DNA from: Vermamoeba vermiformis
Lineage: Eukaryota
Assembly: GCA_045837725.1 (NCBI GenBank)
Contig: JBEWZL010000257.1
Coordinates: 124,001-188,000 of the forward strand
DNA: 64,000 nucleotides
Reading direction: 5' to 3'
Made by a program: the position numbers and the translations under genes. This document shows positions 12,759 through 25,157 of the stretch, piece by piece. The notes beneath the pieces are model-generated. The model was not told where the DNA came from and searched no databases. It was given only the letters and a program-made list of their open reading frames with translations. Position 1 is the first letter of the stretch, and each line of letters starts with the position of its first letter.

Positions 12759-13273
12759 CTTTGTGTTGTGTTGTTGTATTCTCTTTTGAATTGATTGAAT
12801 GAAGTGTGCCAGTTTCTTTCCTATTTATGTTCATGGCATTTCTGCGTTTGGGACTGTTTCAGCGGGATCCGCTTCAAATTTCAATGACATTTCAATTATT
12901 TTTCGCTGAAACAACCGGAGTTTGGCTATTCTTTCCTCAATTCTTCTTCGCCCGAGATTGCTCTATTCTCGATAGTACAGAAATTGTGAGGTAGACCACG
13001 AATGATGCACTGAAATTGTTCATGATCTGCTCCGTTCGGGTGCATCTGCGTACTGCGGCTGTTAGAAAAGAGGAGCACACGGAAATTAGAGTGGTTACAT
13101 GCCTGTGGCAATATTGCTATTTGCTGGTCCAAGTTCTGCCTATGTTGAGAAGCCTCAGAGTGTTGAACGGGATCGGATAATAATAATTTATTTCGCGAGC
13201 AAAAAGGACAAAATCCAATCGTACATTATCGTGCGATCAGGAGGGTATAGATAACAAAATATATCGAAATAGT

Positions 13274-14700
13274 TTACCAGTCACGATCGACCAAGTAAGA
13301 AGCGAAAGCCTTCAATTTCTTTCGGCCTTCATTGTCAGGGAACTTGCTTTCAATTTCTTTCCACGCCTTGTTGACAATGTCTCTAGCAACACCAGCGGCG
13401 TATTCCAAGCTGCCTGTCTCGCGCATAATGCCAATAGCTTCTTGGATCTTGGCTTGGTCATCAGTGTGTTCGTTCAAAATAGTCTTTATAGGTCAAAGTT
13501 AGTATATGTATGGCTAATATATTCGGGCAATTTAATTTAAAATAGGAATTGAATTCTGGAAAGAACAGATCGCGATCAAAATATTTTCAGAATTTAAGAC
13601 AAATATTAACTGATAATATGGAACTTACTTTCAATCTTTCGGCCTTTTCGGGAGCAGCGTGCTTGAAGCTGTGAATAACCATCAAAGTACGTTTGCCTTC
13701 GTGGATGTCTTCACCTTGAACAGCGATCTTAGCGGCAAATTTCTCGCCAGCAATGTTCAATAAATCGTCCTATTAATTAAATAAATATTTGTTTGCATAA
13801 AAGCGAAAGGGCGCGATCTTACTTGGATTTGGAAACCAACACCAATGGCTTCAGCGAAGAGACCAATGGCTTCAATTTGTTCTTGAGTAGCGTCAGACAT
13901 CAAAGCAGCCAATTTGGCGGACAAACGGGCCAAGGTACCGGTCTTGTAAGCGCACATCTGTAAGTACTCATCTACAACCGGGTCCTTGTGGCCGTGGTGC
14001 CACCAAATATCGAAACCTTGGCCAAAGTGTAAGTTGCTCAACTCTTGTTCGTACAATTCGTGAGCTTGGCAGACTTTGACGGGATCAACGCCTGCGATCG
14101 AAAAATTTTAATATCGGGCGCAAAAATATCTTTGTCGTAAGAACGTACCCTTGAGTCTCAACTCCTTGAAAATAACGGTGGGCAAGAAGTACATGGCTAT
14201 AAAATAAATAGAAAGCGTCAGAAAAGAACATCCGAAATAATTAATTCAAAATAATTATCGGGTTGAGTTCAATAAATTATTTAACGTTCCCTACCGTTAC
14301 CGGCATTAATAGCAACGTCAACGCCGTAAATCAAGTGCAGGCAAGGCTTGCCGCGTCGCAGTTTGCTATCATCCTCGATGTCATCAACAGCCAAAGTACC
14401 GTTGTGGACCATTTCACAGAGGTAGGCGCAAGGAGCAACGAGATCTTCCTTTCCACCCAAAGTCTCAGCGACGAGCAAGACCAAAACTGGGCGCCATCTC
14501 TTGCCTCCGCGATCAAGCATATCCCAGATGGGGTCCAAAACAGACTTGGTCGCAGTTTCAACGTCATAAGCATAGCGAGCATTGCCGGCATAACGCTTCA
14601 AAGTGTCGTTATCGAAAGTACGAGGCAATTGTTGATCAAGGATTTGCTTGACCTTGGGCAAGTATTGCTCGAAGACTTGATCGATGGTGATGTTGCTCAT
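13274..14700 (-). CDS. GGPS1: Geranylgeranyl diphosphate synthase (trans-isoprenyl diphosphate synthase), multi-exon
   Basis: GGKRWRP, first Asp-rich motif DDIEDDSKLRRG, GQGFDI, YKTG, FQIQDD and EDIHEGK. Confidence 0.88.
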
Positions 14701-15076
14701 ATTGATATTAAATAATACAAGTTGCTCGCTCGTCTGTTGCTCAACGCAAATAAAAAATAAAAATGCTGATCGAGAAAACTAACAATTTTAAATTAAAACG
14801 GTGCACAAGTGAGTTCCTGCTGTATTAGTTGTAGTACAATTCTGGTGTAACAATTACGAATGGTTTTCATTGAGTTCAAACGGTATTCATTGAAAAGGCG
14901 GAGGTGGATCTGATCCGAAAATAGAGCCGTTACATATTCAGTGTTACGAATTATAGAAACCAAAGATGTAAAACTCACGAACTAATCATATTGGGAGGCG
15001 AGATTGCTTTCAGAATCCTCGCCGCACGAAATGCGAATTTACGTTCGAAAAGTTGATTTTGTAATTCACAGCCAGC

Positions 15077-16975
15077 ATGTCAGTAAACGAGAAGACCCCG
15101 CTCATTAATACGGGAGGGGATTCTAAGCCTAGTGGCACTGTTTCAACAGGAGGAGGCGTCTTTAATGTGACAAACAGCATTATCGGAGGTGGCATCTTGG
15201 CTTTGCCGTCTGCTTTTATGGCCGCTGGTGTAGTATTAGGTATAGTTATAAATATTAAGCTCAGTATAACAATTCCGCAAATTTTATTGCACGTTTGATT
15301 GCGGATCAGATCAGATCAAAAAATCGAAATATTATTGAATTTATAGAATTTATCACGCATGGATTTTGTTATATTAGTGATAATTTATTACATGAGTAAT
15401 TAATTTTAATTTTAGGTGGCAGTTTAATTATTTTTGAGGCGTTTGTTGCCATCTACGCTGCTTGGTTGCTGATGGCAGCTAGCAATTATGCATTCGGTTA
15501 TGGTAAGTTATTGTCATAATATGTACCTCTTCCGCAGCGTTAGATCCTTCAGCAAAAAGCTTAACGTCTTCTTTTTAGGAACATCATTTAAAAGCTTAGG
15601 AAGACTTGCTTTCGGTAAAGCAGGCCCTATATTAGTTGAACTTGTAGTATTTTCATATTTATTCGGTGCTATGACTGGCTACCTCGTGATCATTCGTAGG
15701 TATCTAGATCCACCTAACCGACTCGATTAACACCAATTGCAGGTGACTCTTTGTTCGGCGTTGTGAGCGAGAACTTTGGCTGGGACATTCCTAAACAGTA
15801 CGTAGCTAATAGAATGATGATAAAGACGGTACACATTGAAATAACCTTCTATTCATCTTAGAGTCGTGTTGTTAGTCCCCACTGTGTTGATTGTATTGCC
15901 CCTCACGTCACTGCGCAGCATTGCTCCGTTGCGCATCACAGGCTTGATCTCATTCGTGCTGATCTTGTTCTTGTCTGGCTGCATCATCTTCCGTGGTGTG
16001 CAACACATAACTGAGCGTAAGCGTGTGCCTGTCATTTGCAATCAGGAGCCTTGATCTAACGATACTGTGCGACAGACCCTTTGACGCGCGAGGAAGTCCC
16101 ATTGGCCAATCTCAACTGGTCGTTGTTCAGTGGTTTGCCCTTGATTGCCTTCGCGTACACATTCCACGGCAGTTTGTTTGCTAGCTGGGGTGCGATGAAG
16201 GACCATACTCCGCGAAGTACGTGGCATTTAAATGTGATCCATTGAACTAACATGTTCTAATTAGGCATGACTATCTCCGTGTTCTGCGGTGTCTTGTTGT
16301 GCATGACTATGTACGTTGTCGTCGGTCTGTTTGGCTTCTTGAACTTCTTGCAAGACACCGACAAGAACATTCTGCTCAACTACGGCGAACACGACATTCT
16401 CTTGCGCGTGGCTCAAGGCTTGTACTCGTTTGTCATTTGCTTTGCCTATCCCATGTTGGCATTCCCCGCTAGACTCATCGTCGATTCAGCTTTGTTCACT
16501 GGCGAAGCTTCGTTCTTGAGACGATTGATTGAAGCTGTTATCTTAGGTATATGTGCTATTGCTATATTTAGTGCTACAAGTACTCATGTTGTTTCAATTG
16601 AAAGTCGGTGGATCTTACGCCTTGGCTATTCTCCCAATTGACATTGGTATTGTCTTCGGTCTTGTCGGCGCTACTTTTGGTCAATTCTTGGGTGCTATAT
16701 TCCCTGGTTTGTTCTACATTCTCATCGTCGACAATCCTCGTGTGGATCTAGCTCGTGTTGATTCGATCAATCACGATAACGTAAGTACCGCTCAAGAGTG
16801 GCTGTTATACTCGATTATGAATTGAAAAATGTTAAAGGATTATGCATTACAGAGAGGCAAGTCGAGAAGCTATTTGTGCTCAGCGAAGAAAATTCCAGCT
16901 TACTTGTTGGTCTTGCTCGGTGCCTTCTCGATGGCCATCGGAGTCTGGCAACAATTCCCTGCTAAGAAGAACTAA
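15077..16975 (+). CDS. Amino acid transporter (AAAP/SLC38/AVT family), probably lysosomal or vacuolar
   Basis: GGVFNVTNSIIGGGILALP, many TM segments, FGFLNF..DKNILLNY and an N-terminal dileucine-type motif EKTPLI. Confidence 0.88.
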
Positions 16976-17106
16976 TTTGTACTCATTATTATTTATTAAA
17001 GTTAACTTCTGCGATCCTTCGACACAGTAAAGTTCGTAAGAAGTTTCGCGCTAGCGAGGTAAATGTCGCACAAATTTTTTATCCTATCTTTCGTTGCGAT
17101 CTTACA

Positions 17107-19234
17107 ATGAGAACACAAACTCTGTTTTTGATTGCAGTTCTTGCTGCTTTGTTTGTTGCCGGAGAGGCTCAGATCAGATTCCCCAAATATCGTGCCAGAC
17201 CCGCACCAAAAGGTACCTTAATAATTAACCTTTATTTATTAGCAATAAATTCGGGACAATTATAAAACAAATAAATATGATGTTGCTATATCATTTATCC
17301 ATAAAAATCTAATTTTATTCTTTTATTTTAGATGTGCCTTCTTATCAAACTAAGTGGTACTTGCAAACCCTCGATCATTTCAACTTCAACACTCAACCTT
17401 TGACTTTTTATCAACGCTACTTGGTTAACGGTAAGTTGTCCCATTGAATATTTCGCTGATCACGATCTAATCGCCTCCTAGATCAATACTACAAGCCTGG
17501 AGGTCCTCTCCTTTTCTACACTGGTAATGAAGGTGATGTTGTTATGTTCTGGAACAATACTGGCTTCATGTTTACTCTTGCTCAAGAGTTTGGTAAGCAC
17601 GTTAACAAGCCCTCTTTCTCGTCTAATTAATTCATAACTAAGGTGGCTACATTGTCTTTGCTGAACACCGTTACTACGGTCAAAGCTTGCCTTTTGGCCA
17701 AAACTCTTTCACCAACCAAAACATCAGCTACTTGACTGTTGAACAAGCTTTGGCTGATTATGCTCAATTGATCCCCGACTTGAAGTACGTGCATAATTTA
17801 GCTATACTATTACTAGTACTAATCACGTGCTATTAATAGGAAGTCCATCCCGGGCTTGGCTAACAGCAAAGTCATCTCATTCGGAGGTTCATACGGTGGC
17901 ATGTTGTCTGCTTGGTTCAGAATCAAGTACCCGCACATCGTTGATGTTAGTAGCATTCAAAATGCGCATTATTATATCAGCTTGTGACCCTTTGTAATAT
18001 TCAGGGTGCTCTTGCTGCTTCAGCTCCTGTGCTCCAATTCCAAGGCTTGGTTGACCCCGAGGCCTTCAGCAAGATTGTCACCGACGACTACACCAAGTAC
18101 GTGCTGCAATGATAGATGCGAGGCATCACTGACTCACTGTTGAATAGGGCTAACACTCAGTGCTCTGCTCGCATTCGCTCTGCTTACAAGCAAGTCAACG
18201 TTCTCAGCTCGAACCCTAGCGGCTACGCTGCTTTGACCAAGGCTTTCAGTCTCTGCAGCCCCATTCAAAATCAAAACGACGTTGCCAACTTGTGGAACTG
18301 GATCAACAACGCCATCATGTACGTCAATTACTTTTGATACATACACTCAGTTACTGACATGTTTCAACAGTTACATGGCCATGACTGACTATCCTTACCC
18401 CACTGGCTTCTTGCAGCCTTTGCCTGGCTGGCCCGTTGAAGTTGCTTGCGCTCAAGTGATGAAGGTAGGCGCTTATTATAGTGAAGTTTATGGCATGCAA
18501 CTAATGGCACCTCACGAAGTACTCAAACGTCTTGACTGGCTTGGCTCAAGCCGCTGGTGGTAAGTTGTCCTCGTGATCAATAAGTATTACACATTGTTCT
18601 CACACCCTCGCTAGTCTACTACAACACCACTGGTGATCAACAATGCTTCAACATCAACGAGGGTGCTAGCGCTGGTCTCGGTGATGCTTCGTGGAATTAC
18701 CAAGTACGTGAGACTAACGTGGCTATTCGTGTGATATTCACCGATTATATAGGCTTGCACTGAGCTGGTATTGCCCGTTTCTTCTGACGGTGTCAATGGT
18801 AGGTGACTTCTTGATGAATGAAAGCCACTCTAACGTGTCTGTGTTGCAGATATGTTCTTGAACCAAACTTGGGACATCAATGCCTACGCCATGGGCTGCT
18901 TCCAAAGCTACGGTGTGACCATCAGACCTCACTGGATTCCTTTGTGGAGCGGTGCTGACAAGCTCCAAGCTAGCTCCAACATCATCTTCAGCAACGGTGA
19001 GTTGGATCCTTGGCGCGGTGGAGGTATCACCAAGAACATTGGCTCGTCTATTTACGCTATCTACATCGAGAAAGGTGCTCACCACTTGGACTTGAGGTAC
19101 GTTATTTGGCACCGGAAAATGTTTTGACGTACTAACAAATCGTACCCAGATCACCTGACCCTCGTGATCCTCAAGGTGTCATTAAGGCCCGCAAGCAAGA
19201 GACTGAGATTATTCGCAGCTGGCTCAAGCAGTAA
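17107..19234 (+). CDS. PRCP: Lysosomal Pro-X carboxypeptidase (peptidase S28), multi-exon
   Basis: Signal peptide [19 protein letters not shown], then [22 protein letters not shown], catalytic [14 protein letters not shown] and GAHHLDLR. Confidence 0.93.
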
Positions 19235-19967
19235 ATTGAACAACTTAGCGAGGAATAAAGTTGTAATTTCAACAACGTGCGCAGGATATGATTGCTAGCC
19301 GCCTTATTGTTGAATTTGGTCAATATTATCAGGAACTAATTTAAAGGACTCGCGGGTACGATTAAAGGAGTATTATAAATTATTAGTTATATTAAGGGCT
19401 ACAAAAAGTACAATATTACAAGTTAAGAAGACGATGCAGAATGGTCACCATCAGAATCGGTAGAACATTTTCGGATTGAACTACAGCGAGCAAGGTTCTG
19501 CTGTTACTTATGTTTGAAAGTACTTATGCTGAAGTGCCTGTTTAGCACTAATTCTCTGGCGATAATCTTTTCTGAGTATGCGCTGCAACAGATCCGCTGC
19601 GTCCTTGTCCTCGACTTCGCGGCACAAAGCCCCACACGATGTCTTCGTCGGAGGCAATTTTCGAGCACTCAACTTCTACAAAGCATTAGATGTCAAAATC
19701 AAAGAGACATTCGTTTGGTAGAAGACAGTACGGCGATTATCAGGAGTGAGTCATTCAACGAACAAACGTTCGTTATCCACATCAAATTTCAAAGAACAAC
19801 CCAAAATATTCAATGGTAGAGTTTTCTGTGACTTTTGGTCGGGTCAAAGTTCGGTCAAGTTCGCCAAAAAAACAATTCTTTGCCCGATCTTGGCGAACGA
19901 GCGAACATAAAAGCCGCGAAAATGTCTCAAATTGCATCAATTCATAATAGCACAAAGCTTTTAGTAA

Positions 19968-22598
19968 ATGAACAAAAACAGTCGCAACATTCTAGATTCT
20001 TCTTTTCGTCTCGTGCGCGGAGCCGTCAGCTGGCTTCAAGAACTTCAAGGACCAATTTATACCATTGTTCTTTCAGGTGTGGGTCGATGCGGCAAATCAG
20101 AGATTGCGTCAAGTAAGCAAAATCTTTTTTTATTATTTTTTCAATAATAATTCAAAAAAAGCAATTCTTATCGAGTATTTTAAGTACCGTATTCAATGTA
20201 ACGTATTTCTGATTTTTACTTTTTCTCAGGACTCGCCGCACTCCTGGCTGGTGATCCGAATCTCGCACCTTTTCGCTCGGCGCCTGACTACGAACCAGTG
20301 ACAATTGGAGTACAAGCGTACCCTATTCGGCGTGAAGGAGGAGGCACATGGCTTATTCTCGACACCGAAGGCACGGACAATGGTTCGACTGAGATGCATT
20401 CACGCTTGCTTGCCTTGCTTGGCAGTCTGTCATCAGCTCTCCTGTTCGTAGACGCTCAAACATTTAATACGCGAGTAATCAGTGCTCTAGCCCGAGCCGC
20501 TGGTTACAGTTCGTTGGTAATGAACCAAAACCAGTGGCCCGAATTGTTTGTGGTAATCAACATGAACCCTCTTGGCGATCTTGCTGCCTCTGTCCTTGAG
20601 GATAATCTAAAGAGTAGACCGAATGATGCTCTAAACGTTGACCGCCAGGTATGTAAACTTACTTTGTATGACAATGGATTCTTACTTAACTTTAGACCGT
20701 TTCATTGGCTTATCAACATCGCAACCTATATTCTCTGCCTTACTTCGGTGCTACTTTTGGCGCTAAGATGAATGATGTCAAGAACGGCATCGTCAGCTCA
20801 CCTTTCCTCGTGCCTTTCACTGCTCAGGCTATCGTAGAGCGCATCAATGCTGTTCACGATATTATTGATAAGAATCCACAACTCTTCGGACAAGACAACG
20901 GCACTATTTACAGTTCTGTTATGGAGCACATTGTCCAACAGCATCGAAGGACTCTAATGGTGGAATATCAAGAACGGGCCGCACATCTTCCTCGAGATGG
21001 CCGCACTTCTGATGATGACATACGAAAACAGCACGGCGAAATTGTAGCTATCATTTTACAACGTTTTGATGACCTTACAGAGTCGTTAAACGTGGCTGAC
21101 ATAGCGGAGACTGAGCGTGGCAAGATGGTTGATGACACCGAAGCATCACTGCTAGGCATTCTCTTAGTCAATCAGGATCAGCGTCAAGTCACATCAATCA
21201 GTGAAGAAGTCAAAGAAGAGACTATCGGCGATGAGCGACATATAATGGCAGGAAGATCTGAGCGCACTGTCTGGTTCCACACCGATATTGACATTACTGT
21301 CCGGGTCTATCGCCTCAAAATCACTTACAGCCGTCGGCGCACAGTTTTCAAAAATGGTGTCGAAACTTTTACAGCATGGGTGGAGAAAGCTCGCAGCGAC
21401 ACACTCATCAGAGAATACACAGTCAGCTACACCGAAATGTCAACTTTGGGTCACATTACCTGCGGCGTTGTTAGCTTTGCAGTCACAGCTGGCTTGGCGA
21501 TAGTTACTGCAGGTAAGTTAATATGGTGTTGGTTCGAATTCGTTCGGAATTTGTTTTTAACGTTCCAAAATAGGAGCCAGTATACCTGCCGCTATTGCAA
21601 TTGGAGCGGCCACGGGAATTCCGGCAGGAATCAACGGCACTGTAGAAGCTAATGTCTCGTTTCCCATTGGCAATCCTGCGCCCCCAACGCAACCATCAAC
21701 TCAACCTAACACTGGTGAGCCAACTTCTGATCCGTCCGATGGACCCACCGCGCCGAAAAATGATAATACCAATCGCGCACCCAGCTCAACTCCAAGTCCA
21801 ACAAAGCCTAATGGCCCGCCTCCGAAAATTACGATGGACTTTGCAATGCTTGGATCACTGTCAAGCAATTTCGAGTCTGGAGGCAATCCTGGTGCTATCA
21901 ACAAAGACAAGAAAGATCCTGGGGGCTTCTCGTACGGCATCTATCAATTCGCTACGAAAAAAGGAAGTGCGACGGAGTTTTTGAATTGGCTGAATGCCCA
22001 CACAGATTACAAGCCAATGTACGATTCTTTGGTAAAGGATCAGGCCAAGCCAGGCACTTTGGACTTTAACAAGCACTGGGAGAGCTTAGCTAAGACTGAT
22101 GGACCTACTTTTGGCTATGCCCAGCACAAGTTTTGGGTCGAAACGGCTTTCATTCCCGCTTTGAGCAACATCTCTCAACAGGTGCCAATCATCAACTGGC
22201 TCAACGCTTCTCCTGTTCTTCATGACGTTTTGTTCTCGACAGTAGTTCAACACGGCAAGAGTGGAGCGTTAGATATTGTCAGCAAAGCAATTGGATCTTC
22301 AAGTGGTCCTTTATCCGAGAGTGATGTCATTAAGAAGATCTACGATGAACGTGGCCGGCGAGGTGAAAACGGACAATTGGTTCACTTTAAAAAATCTGCA
22401 ACAAAGACACAAGAGAATATCGCGAAAAGGTTTAGAGCCGAGAATCAACTGGGACAACAACGACTGAAAGAGTGGGAGACACATATCAACACGCACCCCA
22501 GTGAACCATTCAAGCCTAATTGGAATATTCCACACAAGCCTACCAAAGCTGTTCCCGACCCACAGCCAACGGACATTCAGCCAATTGTAGTGCCGTAA
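19968..22598 (+). CDS. GBP/atlastin-like GTPase + helical region + hydrophobic segment + Pro/Thr linker + VgrG3-C-like lysozyme-fold muramidase fusion. Exons 19968-20112, 20230-20648, 20696-21512, 21574-22598; about 801 aa
   Basis: G1 GVGRCGKS, G2 VTIGV, G3 LDTEG. All three GT-AG introns preserve frame. The C-terminal domain contains LGSLSSNFESGGNPGAI..DPGGFSYGIYQF, AQHKF, DVLFSTVVQHG, IKKIYDER and RFRAE. Confidence 0.85.
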
Positions 22599-22898
22599 AC
22601 TTGTGTGCATCAACAGCGCAATGCTTTTATTGTTATAAACTCGTTTTTAGATCTCGAAATGTCAAATTAATTGCATCATACAAACTAAACTGGTGGTGCT
22701 TGCTAACCACTTATCGCAGTCCCGATCGTGCGAAACGCGGAAATAATTCTGTTGAACTTTTAAAGGATAGATCCGGCCTCGATAGAGATTGTTGCCGTCG
22801 CTCAATACTTGTTGTAGACCGCAAGCTCGGACATGTTTCACCTCATAGCCGCGGAGGTTAACTGGCAGAGGTTGCTGCACAAGTTCAGCAATAGTTAT

Positions 22899-25039
22899 TT
22901 ACAGTGGTAGTATTACATTCTCCATTGTATTTAACAATCGCTTCCACTTCGGAGTCAGGGAAATAGCTTTGTTTTTGTACACTTGCATCTTCACGCCGCG
23001 AATAGATATACCAATCATGCCCAGCACACAGGCGTAGCTCTTACTCAAGTCGTAATACCTCTTGCACTCGTCAAATGTAAAGTCTTTGACACCGTGCGAC
23101 ACGAGCGTGCTGTGATAGTCTTGCAGCGCTTCATCTTCAATCGCTGTGAGCAGTGCTGGATCTGCTTGAAAGTACAAGAAGAACGCGACGTCTATGAGAG
23201 GATTGCCGCGACACACGGACTGCCAGTCAATCATGTGCACTGTCTGCCAGTCGTTCGAGAACAACATGTTGCCGAGCCAATAGTCCCCGTGACACAGCGT
23301 GACAGGTCCTTTCATCAGCTCATCGAGCACACTTGGGAACACGAGGGCTAGTGTTGCACAGATGTCGTGTGCCTTGTCACTTACGACACCTTTCAAGTGC
23401 TGTGATACTTGTTTCCAGTTTGCGTTGTACTTAGAAGTCAAGGCGTCTTTAGTGGAGGGATCATTGAGTGCTGGCAGCCAATCATATTCGTTCAACTTCG
23501 GAGATTTCCACCACTCTGCATGTAACTTGGCAACGGCTCTCAGGGCCGACAGTGCAACGTTCTTAGTGAGTGCCTGTCTCTTGACATTCAAGAACTTCAA
23601 GTGCGACAAGTCCTCGAGCAACAAAGTACTGCGGCCAGTGCCCTCGTGAATTGTGGAGAAGAAGCACTTTGGCAGGGCAATGCTCTTGACTAGCGAGGCC
23701 ATTTGTTGATAAAAGTGCGGTTCTGCAATTGTTTTTTTGTTGTTCCACACGCCCAGCGACAATTTCAGCACGAAACTGGGCCACAGCTCTTCACCCAAAT
23801 CATTATTGTCCACATCCATAGTGTTATTATTATTGCTCTTCACGGTATTGAATCCATTCAATTTAAACACTTTGCCTCCGAATCCGACGCCCTTGCCAAT
23901 CTGTTCTGCGGTAAAATTTGTGACGTGAATGTGTGGCCAATGAGCTTTGATCATGTCGGTGAACACATCGGCAGTGATGTCACCAATGTCACTATACGGC
24001 CAAGAGTGGTCGCTGAGTGCTGTAACTGCACTGATGTTGCGTTTTTTTGCGTTGGAACTGGGACTCTTTGTTGGGGTTGATTTGCTCGAACTTGAAGCGG
24101 ATCTTGATTTCCTCGGACTGATGTCCATTTCTTCAATAGTAGTGTCGTTATTAATAGGAGTATTGGGAAGTACTGGGAGTGGTATCTTGGGCAGTTTGTG
24201 CCACAGTTTGCGCTGGAGAATATACTCGGCTACTGCGGGTATACCGACGAGCGAACTGAGTTCTTCGAGTGAAGCATCAGATCTAACCGCGCGTCGCACT
24301 GCCGTTGAAGACATGTTGTAAATGTGTTCTGATTTGACCACGTGCAGTCGTTCTGGGTGTGAAATCTTCTCTTTGACAGTTGCCAAGCCATGACACGTGT
24401 CATCTTCGCGATTGATCACTACACAGACGTGCATAAATTTCAGCAAAGTTTGAGGCGGAACATTAGCTCGGATGTCATTGCCAACGAGATAAAATATCTC
24501 GAACTTGTCCGGTTGCAGTAGGTGGTGCTTGGACTCTAAGAGCCGACGATGGAAATTGTGCAATAACAACCAAAACTGGCGATATTGACGCGGCAAGGTA
24601 CTTTCATAATCATCGACGAATACTATCACAAAGTGTCAATAAGTAGGGTTTGAATTGAGCGGATCTTACCCCAATCGTGACATGACACCGCTAACCGAGC
24701 CATGGCGAGGCGATGATTAAGGTCAATTGTCTCTTCTTTCAATTTTTTAGCTGCATATTTAGGTGAACTGGGCGACATGTAAGCGCCTATTACATCGTAA
24801 CCCTCTTTTAAGCCTTCAATATATTTTTTAGCTGTCGTCAACACATCCACATGTCCTACAACAAACAAGTTATTAGGCACCAAATTAACAATAATTATTA
24901 ATATTGAGCGACTTCGTTTACCTTTGTGGATCGGAGTAAAAGTGCCGTTGAAAAATAAAACAGCACCTTTTCTGCCCTCCTTCGGCGCCCTTAAGTGCGC
25001 TGTATATATTGCAGCTTCGTCTTGTGTCTCTTTCTCCAT
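22899..25039 (-). CDS. Cytidylyltransferase-family (NMNAT-like) nucleotidyltransferase fused to an APH/choline/ecdysteroid-kinase-like domain; 3 exons
   Basis: FNGTFTPIHKGH (HxGH), HRLAMARLA, LVGND and SSTAVR are followed in the same ORF by EPHFY, LLLEDL, CHGDYWLGNMLF and IDWQ. Confidence 0.82.
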
Positions 25040-25157
25040 TGCAAGATCGCGAGAAATGCTGCGAAATGAAGGGGAACAGAAAAATCACAGCAGATTATCA
25101 TTCAATAGACAGAAATTTCAAAGAACGCACGTGATCGGTATGCCTTGACGTGTTTAT

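Noticed and set aside
12760-13200. Heat-shock elements upstream of HSP70
   Set aside because: I could not find a convincing array of three alternating nGAAn units by eye.
19514-20116. ORFs 19514-19819 and 19835-20116 upstream of the GBP-like gene
   Set aside because: They start at non-ATG codons and have no recognisable domain; the true GBP exon 1 is in another frame (ATG 19968). A decayed gene cannot be excluded but is unsupported.
21834-22598. Muramidase ORF as bacterial contamination or a standalone prophage gene
   Set aside because: It is in frame with upstream spliced exons through a canonical intron and is flanked by intron-containing eukaryotic genes. No phage or operon context is present.
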